Shown: positions 37,304 to 47,163 of the stretch, in pieces | Position numbering within the stretch: position 1 is the stretch's first letter | How the letters are laid out: each line of letters starts with the position of its first letter | Origin: a virus | Taxonomy: Duplodnaviria > Caudoviricetes | Strand: one strand, 5' to 3' | DNA length: 64,000 nt | IMG/VR virus record: IMGVR_UViG_2751186034_000001 | Location: 1-64,000 of that record | Made by a program: the position numbers and the translations under genes | The notes under the pieces: generated by a model | What the model saw: the letters and a program-made list of their open reading frames with translations, nothing else | What the model was told of the DNA's origin: nothing | Database searches by the model: none

Positions 37304-38696
37304 TTGGTGCGTCCTCGTTGTCCAGGCCCAGGCCGTCGCCCTGCTCCTGCAATTCGCCGTCGATCTGCAGGTCAGTGCGCTCTGGCGCGATCAGGCCCAA
37401 CTTACGCAGGTAGGCCCGAAGGTCAGCCTTCGCGAATCCGCCGTTCTGCCACAAGCCGACCAAGGCGGTGATCATCTGCGGATCAGCCGTCAGCTCGACG
37501 AACTCCTGATTCACCTGGTAGGCAACCTTCTTGTCAGCGATGCCCATGTAGGCACAGCACCACATGATTGCTCGGGTGTAAGCCTCGCTTACGTTTGCCA
37601 CGCAGCCGGCCAGCACCGAAGTGGAGGCCGACTGATCACCACGAGACTCCGTAGCGGTCTTGGTGGCAATTGACGCCACCACCATCCGCGCGCCCAGCTC
37701 GATCATCATCTGGTTCTTGTCGGCCATGGCCTCTTTGACCAGTGTGTTGGGCAATGGCTGCGCGTAGCCGAACTGGCCACCGGCCGGCAGCATCATTGGC
37801 GCCCTGGAGCCGACATAGACGCCGTTCTTCTCCATCCAGTCGCGCCACTGCTCATCCAAGCCGCTGATCCACGGCTGAGCCTGCCCACACCAGAAAACGC
37901 TGTCTTCATAGTCGGCGCTGTTCCGGTAATGACCTAGGTTGATCATGGCAATGTCGTACAGCGGTGATTCGTCGATGCTGGGGTCATTGTTCTGCGCGCC
38001 GACAAAGGTGAACGGGATCTCTTTGAAACGCCCAGTGACACCTTCAGGCCTGAATTCTTCGGTGACCGCCAACGGCCCGCCACCTTTCGGCCCGGACCTG
38101 CGCCAGACCCGGCAGACAAAGCCGTCGTCCTCCAGCGCCAGTTCCCGGTACTGCTCGACCGTCTTGAAACCGAAGCCGTCGGGAATCTCAGGCGACTCAC
38201 GCAACACCACCAGCGTCAGCACGCTGTGACCGTTAACCATGCCGGTGCGCCAGTTGATGATGTCTTCAGCGCAGTAGGACAGGATCACCGAGTGCCCGCC
38301 GATGCTGTCGTCCTGGTGATAGTCGACGTACAGCCCATGCCGACCGGCCTCAAGCACCTTTTCAAGCGTGCCCTGGGAGTGCTGGTAGACGCTGACGCCG
38401 GAACCGTTGGCATTGTCCTGCAGGTACTCAAGCTTCTTCGACACCGTGAGTGTCGGGTCTTTATGGAAGGCCAGGCCAAGCAATCCGTTACGGGTGTGCC
38501 CGGTGGCGTTCTTGAACACCGCTCGCTCGCGGTAAGCCCGGTTCCGGTCTTCGTTCTCCGGCGACTTGTCGTGCGCGTTGATGTACGGGAGCCGATCGAC
38601 AACCCGGTGCTGCCCGGCGCAGACGTCGCGAACGGTCGCCCAGCGGTCCAGCGCTTCAATGTAATCCGCCCGCTTGAAGGAGACGTCGTTGCTCAT
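37278..38696 (-). CDS. Portal protein (DUF4055-like)
   Basis: Follows TerL; EIPFTFVGA..N motif. Confidence 0.85.
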   Translation of the reverse strand: MSNDVSFKRADYIEALDRWATVRDVCAGQHRVVDRLPYINAHDKSPENEDRNRAYRERAVFKNATGHTRNGLLGLAFHKDPTLTVSKKLEYLQDNANGSGVSVYQHSQGTLEKVLEAGRHGLYVDYHQDDSIGGHSVILSYCAEDIINWRTGMVNGHSVLTLVVLRESPEIPDGFGFKTVEQYRELALEDDGFVCRVWRRSGPKGGGPLAVTEEFRPEGVTGRFKEIPFTFVGAQNNDPSIDESPLYDIAMINLGHYRNSADYEDSVFWCGQAQPWISGLDEQWRDWMEKNGVYVGSRAPMMLPAGGQFGYAQPLPNTLVKEAMADKNQMMIELGARMVVASIATKTATESRGDQSASTSVLAGCVANVSEAYTRAIMWCCAYMGIADKKVAYQVNQEFVELTADPQMITALVGLWQNGGFAKADLRAYLRKLGLIAPERTDLQIDGELQEQGDGLGLDNEDAPNGGKPSNP

Positions 38697-40009
38697 CGGG
38701 CGTATCCCATTTTGATAGCGGTGACCGGTTTGATGATCGGGTACTCGCGGTGGATGAAGTAACCGCCAGCGTCGTTCGCGTGATCGATCCCGGCAGTTTT
38801 GTCTGGCTCCCCGTTCGCGCCCCACACCTGCTGCTCCAGGCCATCGGCGTAGGTTGGGCAGGTAAACGGATTGACCAGGTAGCGGCGCTCGCCCTGCGCA
38901 TTGCAGAAGACGGCGTTCATTGCGTTGATTCGGTCCTTCACCGGCGGGTTTGCCGCTGGAGCGATGACCGCGAACCCGGCCTGCTTGAGCATGGCAAGGT
39001 CGGTGATGCTGGCGTTCACAGACTTGCGTGAATCGCCCGAGGCATCCGGGTAGATCCTGATCTCGCAGGTCTTCTTGAAGTCATTCCCATCGTGCTGCCA
39101 GTAGCGTTCCTTGATGCGACGGATCATGTCGGGCGTGTCGTAGCCGTCGATCAGCTCATCCACGGCCCTGGGCAAGCCTTGATCGCGCTTGACGTGGGTG
39201 ATCGCCGCCATCTTGCCGACGTTGAAGTCCATGCCGATGAACAGGGGCTCACCAGGCTTTACGGTGTCGAAGCATTCGTTGAGCTTGCGATCGTAGGCCG
39301 TGTAGATCGTCCCGGACGTCAGGTTGACGAACTGGCCCTTGAGGTACGCCATGATCAGCTGTGGTGGATACGACTCCATCAGGGATGCGATGTAGTCATC
39401 CGGCAGGTTCAGCTCGTTGTCGAAAGTGCTGGCTTGTACCAGGCCGTACATCTCTTTGAGCGAAGGCTTGTCCCGCAACTGCTTCACGAACTGCAGGAAG
39501 ACGAACTTGAAGCCTTCCGGTGTCGTGGTTACGTCCACCCCGTTCTTCAGCCCGGGCAGGTTGTAGCGCATCCGGGCAATGATCTTGCGCCAAGCTTGCT
39601 GCGCCTTGACAGCGGTCAGCACGTCCAGCTCATCCACTAGAGCATGGCCAATCTTGAAGCCGACGATGGTCTGCGGCTTCTCCATCGATCGGCAGATCAC
39701 AGTGCCGCGGGACTGGCGGCCACTGTAGATATGAACCTCGTGGTTCGCCTGGTTGATCTTCGTCTTCAACCCCCAGTCGTAGGCCACCTCATCCATGGTC
39801 GGATAGAAGATGTCCCGGATCTGCGGGTAAGTCGGTGCGAAGTAGCCCGCGTTGACGCCAGGCCACTCCATGAAATGCTTGCTCAGTGCCGAGCATCCCA
39901 CCCAGGTCTTGCCTGAACCGAACCCGGCAACGAACGCGCGAAACTTGTGGGGCAGTGTGAGGAACTGAGCCTGCGGAACGTTAAGGCTCGGCATTCGGCT
40001 TCCTCGCAT
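38693..40009 (-). CDS. Terminase large subunit
   Basis: GFGSGKT Walker A, LVDE Walker B, GMDFNV and DHANDA nuclease motifs. Confidence 0.95.
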   Translation of the reverse strand: MRGSRMPSLNVPQAQFLTLPHKFRAFVAGFGSGKTWVGCSALSKHFMEWPGVNAGYFAPTYPQIRDIFYPTMDEVAYDWGLKTKINQANHEVHIYSGRQSRGTVICRSMEKPQTIVGFKIGHALVDELDVLTAVKAQQAWRKIIARMRYNLPGLKNGVDVTTTPEGFKFVFLQFVKQLRDKPSLKEMYGLVQASTFDNELNLPDDYIASLMESYPPQLIMAYLKGQFVNLTSGTIYTAYDRKLNECFDTVKPGEPLFIGMDFNVGKMAAITHVKRDQGLPRAVDELIDGYDTPDMIRRIKERYWQHDGNDFKKTCEIRIYPDASGDSRKSVNASITDLAMLKQAGFAVIAPAANPPVKDRINAMNAVFCNAQGERRYLVNPFTCPTYADGLEQQVWGANGEPDKTAGIDHANDAGGYFIHREYPIIKPVTAIKMGYAR

Positions 40010-40442
40010 CCACCACGTCGACCTGGATTCGGGTCGGGATCACCGGTTCGTCGCCAACCTCTTCCTTCCGGGCCCGGTTGACGTAGATGTCGCCGGTTTC
40101 CTTCGCGGCCTGTTCGAGAATTTGCATTGCCAAGCCGATGTTCTTCATCGTCTCGGCCTTCTCCACGAAACGATTCATGGCGCGGAGTCGATAAGCTCGG
40201 TTAGCTATGGGTATCTCTGCGGTTTGCTCACGGAAACGCTTGCGAGTGTCGTGGAACAGGGTTTGCCATTTGAGTGCCAGATGGGAGCCAGCACGCTTTG
40301 TGGGGTCGTGCTGCTCTACCTGCTGGCGGGTCACGTCCACGTCGAATTCTTGCTTCACCGCTTGTGAGACCTGGCTCGGCGTGTCGAAACAGGCCAAAGC
40401 CTGAACGATGAAGCTCTTCACCTCATTTTTCAGGGCTGCCAT
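39981..40442 (-). CDS. Terminase small subunit (DUF2280-like)
   Basis: LACFDTPSQV...HDPTK; precedes TerL. Confidence 0.85.
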   Translation of the reverse strand: MAALKNEVKSFIVQALACFDTPSQVSQAVKQEFDVDVTRQQVEQHDPTKRAGSHLALKWQTLFHDTRKRFREQTAEIPIANRAYRLRAMNRFVEKAETMKNIGLAMQILEQAAKETGDIYVNRARKEEVGDEPVIPTRIQVDVVDARKPNAEP

Positions 40443-40473
40443 AAGTTAGATTCCGTCTCACGCCTGTCTTACA

Positions 40474-41082
40474 TCAGGCCAACTTGAGCAGACAGGTTCC
40501 GCAGGCCCTCGATATGTTCAATTTCCCCACCTCAGCAGGACTGTTTGCAGCGTCCACCAACGCTTGGACGTCAGGGCTCGCACCATAGCGGCGGACCACA
40601 CCGACGAACTCTTCGACGTCGTGACCGCGCATCTCAAGCTTGGGCAATCCTTCCTGGGTGAACTTGGGAGCGCCGTACTGATCCTTCGCCTGGGCGATGT
40701 GGTACAGCTCGTGCTCTACCAGGGCACAGAACTCAGCCTCGGTGCACTGGGCGCAGTAGTCAGCGGCAAGGGTGATCAGGAACTCTGGCTCTTCGCCGAA
40801 CCAGTCACGCATCTGCTGCTCTTGTCGGGCCTTCTGCCAACCACCCGCCCGGATCATCAGTTGCTCGGCCTGGCCCAGCACCGTCCTACCCTTCTTCGCA
40901 AACGCAGACGACGCCCACAGCACGCCGACATTCGCGTCGATGAGGTGAGCGTGCTCTTCGTTGTGGATACCACCGGTGGTGGCGAGGATCTCGGCCTGTA
41001 TCCACTCCCATACATCAGGGGCAGGTTGCAGGGTGAGCCATAGCGACTCGAGCAGGTCGGCCGGTGGCATCGGTCTGCTCAT
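40474..41082 (-). CDS. Putative phage metallopeptidase
   Basis: HELYH motif, GHDVEEF.GVVRRYG. Confidence 0.82.
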   Translation of the reverse strand: MSRPMPPADLLESLWLTLQPAPDVWEWIQAEILATTGGIHNEEHAHLIDANVGVLWASSAFAKKGRTVLGQAEQLMIRAGGWQKARQEQQMRDWFGEEPEFLITLAADYCAQCTEAEFCALVEHELYHIAQAKDQYGAPKFTQEGLPKLEMRGHDVEEFVGVVRRYGASPDVQALVDAANSPAEVGKLNISRACGTCLLKLA

Positions 41083-41173
41083 AGCTACTCCCGCGCCACA
41101 AAACGGCGCATGTCGATTTCGTGGCGCGGTGGAATTATCCTATCCGCGAATGAATTACCCCACAGGGATCGGG

Positions 41174-41596
41174 ATGACCAGACTTACCAAGATTCGTATT
41201 GCCCTCACGCTTGGTGCGCTCGCCGGAATCGCTCCAGTGACATTGATCTTCCTCTGGGGACTAATCTATTTGGTCATAGCCATCGTCTATATGGATAAGC
41301 TTGCCTTGCCAGTGACGATAATCGCCATCTCTGTACCGAGCCTATGGGGGTGCTGGAAAGCCTATGCAGCCGCAATGGCGAGCAAGCCCAGGCACCCACG
41401 TGACTGGCGAGTTATCGCGTCAGTCATTGTCGCCACTTTCTGGGCCTTCCCATGCAGCGCGGCAATGAGCTGGGATCTCACGATCCTATTCACATTTCTC
41501 ATGCCGGGATTGACTGCAGCGATCATGCTCGCCGTGACCGAGTGCCGCGCTCGCAGGAATGGTCAGAACGGCGAGGTTACGGCGATACCCGATTGA
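41174..41596 (+). CDS. Multi-pass membrane protein (moron, opposite strand)
   Basis: Four hydrophobic segments; divergent orientation. Confidence 0.65.
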   Translation: MTRLTKIRIALTLGALAGIAPVTLIFLWGLIYLVIAIVYMDKLALPVTIIAISVPSLWGCWKAYAAAMASKPRHPRDWRVIASVIVATFWAFPCSAAMSWDLTILFTFLMPGLTAAIMLAVTECRARRNGQNGEVTAIPD

Positions 41597-41894
41597 GGGC
41601 CTCATCAGCCTTGTCGGCTGCCTTTGTAGCGGTGGTCGCCGCCTTGGTGGCCTTCTCGGCTGCCGAGCTGGTCTTTCGGGTCAGCTCATCCAGGCGATGG
41701 TCACGCTGCAGCGTGGCCTCGTCGTAGGCGGCGCGGATCTCGGCGACCTGTTGGCGGTAGGAATCAGCCAGCGCCCACTGACCGAGCTGGAAGCCGAAGA
41801 AGACCCCACCGGTGACCAGCAGCATCGCGATAAACCACACCTCCACCCGACGCCACCAATGGCGGGCCATGAACTGGATTGCGCACTTGTCCAT
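41577..41894 (-). CDS. Membrane-anchored coiled-coil lysis-region protein
   Basis: Single TM segment plus coiled coil; coupled to the upstream gene. Confidence 0.65.
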   Translation of the reverse strand: MDKCAIQFMARHWWRRVEVWFIAMLLVTGGVFFGFQLGQWALADSYRQQVAEIRAAYDEATLQRDHRLDELTRKTSSAAEKATKAATTATKAADKADEALNRVSP

Positions 41895-42265
41895 CAGGTA
41901 GTACCTCCCAGCTTGATGCGCAGGCGGGCGATCTCGTCGCTTTGCAGCGTCACCCGCTCTGTGAGGTTGGCGACCTGACTGGTCAGGGCTTCGATCTTCC
42001 CTTCCATGCGGCCGACGGTTGCGGCCAAGTCATTGCGCTCCTTGGCGAACTGATCGGCGCGGGCCTCGGCAAGCTTGCGGGCCTCACGTTCGGAGTCGAG
42101 CAGTTCATTCAGGCGGCGCACGGTGCCGATGTCGGCGTTATCCATTGCGCGGTCAGCTGCATCCTTAGAGAGGAACTTGCGCAGCCAGAGGAATCCTCCC
42201 AGCAATACGGTGCCCGTTCCGCTCAGCCAGGTAGCTGTGCCTGGGCCAAGGTCGGTTGGGTCCAT
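41894..42265 (-). CDS. Holin-like membrane protein, first late gene
   Basis: N-terminal TM segment; directly after the pR'-like region. Confidence 0.55.
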   Translation of the reverse strand: MDPTDLGPGTATWLSGTGTVLLGGFLWLRKFLSKDAADRAMDNADIGTVRRLNELLDSEREARKLAEARADQFAKERNDLAATVGRMEGKIEALTSQVANLTERVTLQSDEIARLRIKLGGTT

Positions 42266-42311
42266 ATTTGCTCCGCCCCGTCCGGGACTCTTGAGGCCCT
42301 CTTGCGGGCAA

Positions 42312-42340
42312 TAAAAAACCCGGCTTTTTGGGCCGGGCTT
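42312..42340 (-). terminator. tR'-like terminator
   Basis: CCCGGC..GCCGGG stem followed by T6 on the minus strand. Confidence 0.7.
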
Positions 42341-42383
42341 CTTGTGGTCACTCCTAAACGCGCAGGAATGACAGGATGGGTGG

Positions 42384-42413
42384 ATATTGGCTCATTGGCT
42401 CACTCGTCGTCAA
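42384..42413 (-). promoter_or_regulatory. pR'-like late promoter with tandem GAGCCAAT repeat
   Basis: TTGACG -35 overlapping the Q stop; CAATAT -10; 8-bp direct repeat in the spacer. Confidence 0.55.
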
Positions 42414-42955
42414 GCGACATTTGCCACCAATAGGCCTTCATGGTCGAGAATGTGCTGAGCCTCGGTCAAAGCCTCGTTAACGGCGCCCTCCAGCACCTTG
42501 CGGATGTCACGCCGCCAGCGCTCTTGGGTCTTGATTGGGTGCGGCTCGTTTGACCAGTTGTCCATCTCGTACCAGCCGGCCGGCAAGACGTTCGTCGACC
42601 GCTTCCCATCCACGCCAGGCAGCTTTGGCAACGCCCATGTGACGACGGCACAGTGAAGGAAACGCTCGGGCGCTGGGGATCGCATGACCTTGGTCAGCTC
42701 CGCGATTGCCGCGTGTTTGCGCTCGGTGTGGGTCGAGAACTTCGCCACCAGCGCCCGCCAGTGCGCCGCCGACAGCGACTTATGCAGCCGGCCGAACACC
42801 CAGCAGTCGGTCAGGAAGGCAGCCTCCTTCCCGACGATCTCCCCCTTCTGCTTCGCGCACTGAACCTTTGGCTCGAAATCGCAGCCGCCGGCAGAGTTGA
42901 TGGTTTCCGCGGCCAAGGCCCGGACTACTGCTGAAACAACGTTGCGATAGGTCAT
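42410..42955 (-). CDS. Late antiterminator Q-like protein
   Basis: Position after ninG and before the late promoter. Confidence 0.65.
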   Translation of the reverse strand: MTYRNVVSAVVRALAAETINSAGGCDFEPKVQCAKQKGEIVGKEAAFLTDCWVFGRLHKSLSAAHWRALVAKFSTHTERKHAAIAELTKVMRSPAPERFLHCAVVTWALPKLPGVDGKRSTNVLPAGWYEMDNWSNEPHPIKTQERWRRDIRKVLEGAVNEALTEAQHILDHEGLLVANVA

Positions 42956-43587
42956 GCTGCCTCCCCCTTCTTCAGCTCTTTGGTCATTGCCCGGTACTTG
43001 GCCTTGATGGCCTTGATCTCTTCGACGGTGTACTTGCAGGCCGGGTGCAGCCCTTCCAGCCATGCCACCTTCTCGGCGCCGATGCGCTGGACTAGGCGGA
43101 TGCGGTACTCCACGGCGTTGCCGGAAAGGTTGCGGTTGCACTTCACACACTGGCGATGGATGTTCAGCGGCTCGAAGCGAAGCTCAGGACACGCGCCGAC
43201 GGAGCGGTAATGCCCGGCGTCCCAGCGGCTGCCGGTCATGAGGTCGTTGTCGTTCGGCGTGGAGTCGCAGCTGATGCACGGCAGGTGCGCGTCACGGAGG
43301 CGCACGTACTCGTTCACCGCGACCTGGGCTTCGCGCAGGTGATCCGCCCTGCTCTTCAGCTTTTCCTTGCGGACCTTGATCTCCCGGCGCCCTACTTCTG
43401 CCAAGGCTTTCCCGGCAATGGCTCGCCCCTTCTCGGACTTGCCGTGTGCGATGGCGCACTCGATCTCGCCGCACACCGCCTGCGCGCTTCTGGATGGCGT
43501 GAACATCACCCGGCACTCGGGGCAGCGCTTGCGGCGTGGCGCCCCAGATTTGATCGGGGTCTTGCGCTGCAGTGGGGTGCGCTTCAT
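42952..43587 (-). CDS. ninG: NinG/Rap recombination endonuclease
   Basis: CISC, WDAGHYRS, NIHRQCVKCN motifs. Confidence 0.92.
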   Translation of the reverse strand: MKRTPLQRKTPIKSGAPRRKRCPECRVMFTPSRSAQAVCGEIECAIAHGKSEKGRAIAGKALAEVGRREIKVRKEKLKSRADHLREAQVAVNEYVRLRDAHLPCISCDSTPNDNDLMTGSRWDAGHYRSVGACPELRFEPLNIHRQCVKCNRNLSGNAVEYRIRLVQRIGAEKVAWLEGLHPACKYTVEEIKAIKAKYRAMTKELKKGEAA

Positions 43588-43895
43588 GCGGCCTCCTTTG
43601 GCGGGAAAACCGTCCAGTCGCCAATGTCCGACCAAACTCCGTGCTTGTGAGTCAGCTTGTCGGGCGAATAGCTGAAGCCGCCGATGAATGTCCAGAAGAA
43701 CAACGGAATCCATGACAAGCCTGCGCGACCTTTAAGGCCATGCGTGCGGATGATTGCTTTCGTCCATCGGCAAACACTGGATGCCCGACCAATTGCGATA
43801 GCGACCCGAGGAATCGCTTTGCCGATTGCCCATGCGAGCCTGATCAGCACAGCCCAGCCGATCGCATAAACGATCACATCGAACCAAGTAATCAC
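43584..43895 (-). CDS. Hypothetical protein
   Basis: Translationally coupled ORF. Confidence 0.6.
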   Translation of the reverse strand: MITWFDVIVYAIGWAVLIRLAWAIGKAIPRVAIAIGRASSVCRWTKAIIRTHGLKGRAGLSWIPLFFWTFIGGFSYSPDKLTHKHGVWSDIGDWTVFPPKEAA

Positions 43896-44164
43896 AGGGC
43901 CACCTCCTGCGACTTCTGCTGCTCATGGGTAAAGTCGCCCCTCAACGGCATCAGGTCTGCCGCCCTGAAGAATCCGTAGCCGTCCTCATCATCACGTCCA
44001 ACGACCCAGCCCGCGTGCGGAGCGAACCACAAACAGCCATCCGGCTCGATAGCACCCTCCCCGGCAGGAATGAACACAACCAGCGACACAGTAGCCATAG
44101 CCGGAATCTGGTATTTCGAAACCAGCGTCAGTGCCAGGTCGCCCGGCTTGAAGTTATGGCTCAT
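43892..44164 (-). CDS. Hypothetical protein
   Basis: FKPGDLAL...LMPLRGD; coupled ORF. Confidence 0.7.
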   Translation of the reverse strand: MSHNFKPGDLALTLVSKYQIPAMATVSLVVFIPAGEGAIEPDGCLWFAPHAGWVVGRDDEDGYGFFRAADLMPLRGDFTHEQQKSQEVAL

Positions 44165-44748
44165 GCGTAGCTCCCGATCTGGTCAGCAGCACTCAAGGCC
44201 GCCTCTTCCGATTCAAAGTGGGCAGACAGGACCAAGCGCCAGCAGGCGTTGAACACGTCGCGGTAAAGGGGCTCAAAGGCTGTGTCATCCATCGAGGCCC
44301 AACTGATCGACTTGGCTTCCTTGCGCACGCCGTCGGGAGTGCGCACAAGATGAAAATGACCGGCCTCGATCGTCACCCACTCACGGAATGCCTCGCGGGA
44401 CTTGTCCACGGCAGGAAAGCGCTCAGCCCTGGCCGACTCTAGGCCGGCGATGTATGCATTAACCGCATGCGACAACTGCCCAGGCTTTCCGCTCTGCGCC
44501 TCGAAGAACTTGGCCAGACCCTGTATGCCTCGCAACTCCTGACGAGGCACCAGGCCGCCGACCGGCTCCCAGTACTCCCACGCCAGATCCAGCATCGAGA
44601 AGAATTTGCCGTGGAACTTGGCGTTGCGCATGCGGGTGAATTTGCCGTGCACGACCTGGCCCAGCTTCCACTTCTGGGTTAGCTCGCGGTCGGCCTCGGT
44701 GGCGGGTACCAGGCCCTGGGCTGTGCGGATAAGGGCGAGTTCAGCCAT
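44161..44748 (-). CDS. DUF1367 family protein
   Basis: RNAKFHGKFF, KSISWASMDD..FEPLY motifs. Confidence 0.85.
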   Translation of the reverse strand: MAELALIRTAQGLVPATEADRELTQKWKLGQVVHGKFTRMRNAKFHGKFFSMLDLAWEYWEPVGGLVPRQELRGIQGLAKFFEAQSGKPGQLSHAVNAYIAGLESARAERFPAVDKSREAFREWVTIEAGHFHLVRTPDGVRKEAKSISWASMDDTAFEPLYRDVFNACWRLVLSAHFESEEAALSAADQIGSYA

Positions 44749-44856
44749 GAGAGAGCCTCCCAAGCACAAACGCAGCTACTGCAATGATCACCAGAGAGAC
44801 AACCCCGTAAACCAGCGCACGCCTGGCCGCTTTAGCGATTTCGTTGCCGATTCCAT

Positions 44857-45048
44857 TCATGTCCGTTGCTCCGCCGCTTCTGCGATCAATGCCATGCGCC
44901 CAAAGCGCTCAGCGGCCTGACTGGCGAGATTGACCATGTCCGCCTCATCCACCACCGGCATGCACACGAAACGGATGCCGTGCTTGACCATGGTGTTCGC
45001 CATCTCAAGGGATTGGCGTAGCTGTGCTGGGTTTGCTCGCTTCATCAC
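44857..45048 (-). CDS. Hypothetical protein (DUF1382-like)
   Basis: GIRFVCMPV motif; coupled ORF. Confidence 0.65.
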   Translation of the reverse strand: MMKRANPAQLRQSLEMANTMVKHGIRFVCMPVVDEADMVNLASQAAERFGRMALIAEAAEQRT

Positions 45049-45263
45049 TTGCGCTCCCGTGCAGCCAGCATCTCGTCGGCGAAGCGATAGGCGGCGACCG
45101 AATACTCCGGCATCGATGTCCAGTTGTGGCGCTTCCCGTCGCTGTCGGTGTAACCCCAGCCGCCGGCGATGATCATCGCGTTCATTGCCTGCATAGCGAT
45201 CTCATCGCGCAGACGAACAAGGTCCTCGGAGGCAGGGGTGAGTTTCTTTACCGGGCTCGTCAT
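45045..45263 (-). CDS. Hypothetical protein
   Basis: LRDEIAMQAM...AYRFADEML motif. Confidence 0.7.
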   Translation of the reverse strand: MTSPVKKLTPASEDLVRLRDEIAMQAMNAMIIAGGWGYTDSDGKRHNWTSMPEYSVAAYRFADEMLAARERK

Positions 45264-45763
45264 TGCGAGATCCCCTTCAGCAGTTCCTGCAACTGTTTCA
45301 GCTTGCCCACGGCCGCTGCGTTGGTTTCGCGCTCAGCCTCCACGGACAGCGCCACCTCTTCGATGCGACTGGCGAGCGCCTTCATGCGCTTGCTGAAATC
45401 ATCAGCCAGGCTCACGACTTCGCCGGAAAGGCTGGCCATAACATCCAGGGGGCCTTCGGACTTCTTGATCGAAACAACGGCTTGTTTGGCTACCTGGGTC
45501 ACGGCTTGCTCCTTGATTGTTTTGGGGGTCGCTGCGTCACGCTGAAACTTGCCACCTATCGGCTCACGGATGAGGCCCGCTTCCTTGAGTTCGCCGAGGG
45601 CGCGGCGGATGGCATAAGGCGATGCGCTAGTAGCCTTGGCTGTGAGGGCGGCGCCGTGGATTTCGTGATTGCTCCAGGCCGCCTGGATGGGAACCAGGGT
45701 GAAAACCTTCTGAGCGATCGAGGATTGCCCGGCGAGGATCTGCTGCTGTCTGGATTCATTCAT
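45260..45763 (-). CDS. Hypothetical protein (wHTH + coiled coil)
   Basis: Coupled to dnaB. Confidence 0.65.
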   Translation of the reverse strand: MNESRQQQILAGQSSIAQKVFTLVPIQAAWSNHEIHGAALTAKATSASPYAIRRALGELKEAGLIREPIGGKFQRDAATPKTIKEQAVTQVAKQAVVSIKKSEGPLDVMASLSGEVVSLADDFSKRMKALASRIEEVALSVEAERETNAAAVGKLKQLQELLKGISQ

Positions 45764-47163
45764 CAGAAGCCACCCCGTGGATTGAAGTCGTTCAAAAGGG
45801 ATTTGGAGGACTTGCGGGGCGCTGGCGCGGCGGCTTCTTGCTGCTGCTCGCGCTGCCCTGCGTAGCTGACGAACCGTGCGAACTCGCCCTGGTGCTGGAG
45901 CAGGCAGTGCCCGACCGATGCATGCCGGTGCTTCACCACGTCGATCTCGGTCACGCCGCTGCGCCCGAGGTCAGAATCGGCGTCACGGTGGGCAATCATG
46001 ATGATGTCGGCGTCCTGCTCGATCTCGCCGGAGTCGCGCAGGTCGGACATTTGTGGCTTCTTGGTCGAGCGCGTTTCGATGCTGCGGTTGAGCTGGGCCA
46101 GGACGATAATCGGGATGTCCAGTTCCTTGGCCATCGCCTTGATGCCTCGACTGATGGCGCCCAGCTCCAGGTTCCGGTTCTGCTGGCGAGAGCTAGCCTC
46201 TGGCGCGATCAGGCCGATGTAGTCGATGACAATCAGGTCCAGCGGCTTGGCGCGGTGCTGAAAACGGGCGATGTTGCGGATGCGGCTCAGCGGCAGGCCG
46301 CCCTTCTGGCAGATGCGCAGATCGGCAGAGTGCATGCGGCTCACAGCGCCGGTGATTCGAGTAATCGATTCGTCGTTGCCCATGGCCTGGCCGGTGTCGA
46401 TGCTGCCAAGTGTTACCGCCGAAGAAGACGCCAGGCTGCGTTTGGAAAGCTCCTTGGCAGACATTTCGAGCGAGAACACCAGCGCTGACTTGCTTTCGCG
46501 GATGGTCAGGTTTTCGGCGATACCCAGGCCCAGCGTGGTTTTACCAGTGCCCGGACGCCCAGCGATGATGATGACGTGTGAGCCGCGCAGGCCTTGGACC
46601 AGTTCATCCAGATCCTTCAGGCCTGTTGCGTGGCCGTTGATGCCCTCGCCATTGAAGCGAGCGTCCATTTCGTCAACGACCGGGCCGAGCGCTTCACGCA
46701 GGCTGATCACGTCCGGTTCGTCGTCTTCGCTGTTCAGGGCCAAAACGGCCTCTTGAGCGTCTGCGATGATCCCGGCCAATGGCCGTGCGTGGCTCGCCAT
46801 GTCGATGATGGCCTGACCGATCTCCGCGACCTTCCGGGCCTTGGAACGCTCCACCACGATACGGGCGTACTCCAGGCCATTCGCGGCGCTTGGCACGCCG
46901 TTGTAGATCTCGGAGGCCCGGATCATGGTCAGTTCGCCGCTGGACAGTTCGTGGCGAATGTCGGCAATCGAAACAGGGTCTGCTGGCCGGCCGGCGGAAC
47001 GGGCGGCAAGGATAAGCGTGTAAATCTCGGCAACGTCTTGGTCGTAGAAGTCGGTCGGGCTGACCATGGCGCCGATTGATTCAATCAGATCGGGTTTGAT
47101 GAACAGGGAGCCGACAACGCCGTATTCAGCTTCCATCGCAACCAGTGGGCGATCAGTAATCAT
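45763..47163 (-). CDS. dnaB: Phage replicative helicase
   Basis: AGRPGTGKT, IVIDYIGL, LAQLNR, DLRDSGEIEQDAD motifs. Confidence 0.95.
   Translation of the reverse strand: MITDRPLVAMEAEYGVVGSLFIKPDLIESIGAMVSPTDFYDQDVAEIYTLILAARSAGRPADPVSIADIRHELSSGELTMIRASEIYNGVPSAANGLEYARIVVERSKARKVAEIGQAIIDMASHARPLAGIIADAQEAVLALNSEDDEPDVISLREALGPVVDEMDARFNGEGINGHATGLKDLDELVQGLRGSHVIIIAGRPGTGKTTLGLGIAENLTIRESKSALVFSLEMSAKELSKRSLASSSAVTLGSIDTGQAMGNDESITRITGAVSRMHSADLRICQKGGLPLSRIRNIARFQHRAKPLDLIVIDYIGLIAPEASSRQQNRNLELGAISRGIKAMAKELDIPIIVLAQLNRSIETRSTKKPQMSDLRDSGEIEQDADIIMIAHRDADSDLGRSGVTEIDVVKHRHASVGHCLLQHQGEFARFVSYAGQREQQQEAAAPAPRKSSKSLLNDFNPRGGF

Noticed and set aside
42266-42410. tRNA genes after Q
   Set aside because: No cloverleaf or T-loop motif found; no tRNA or rRNA recognised anywhere in the window
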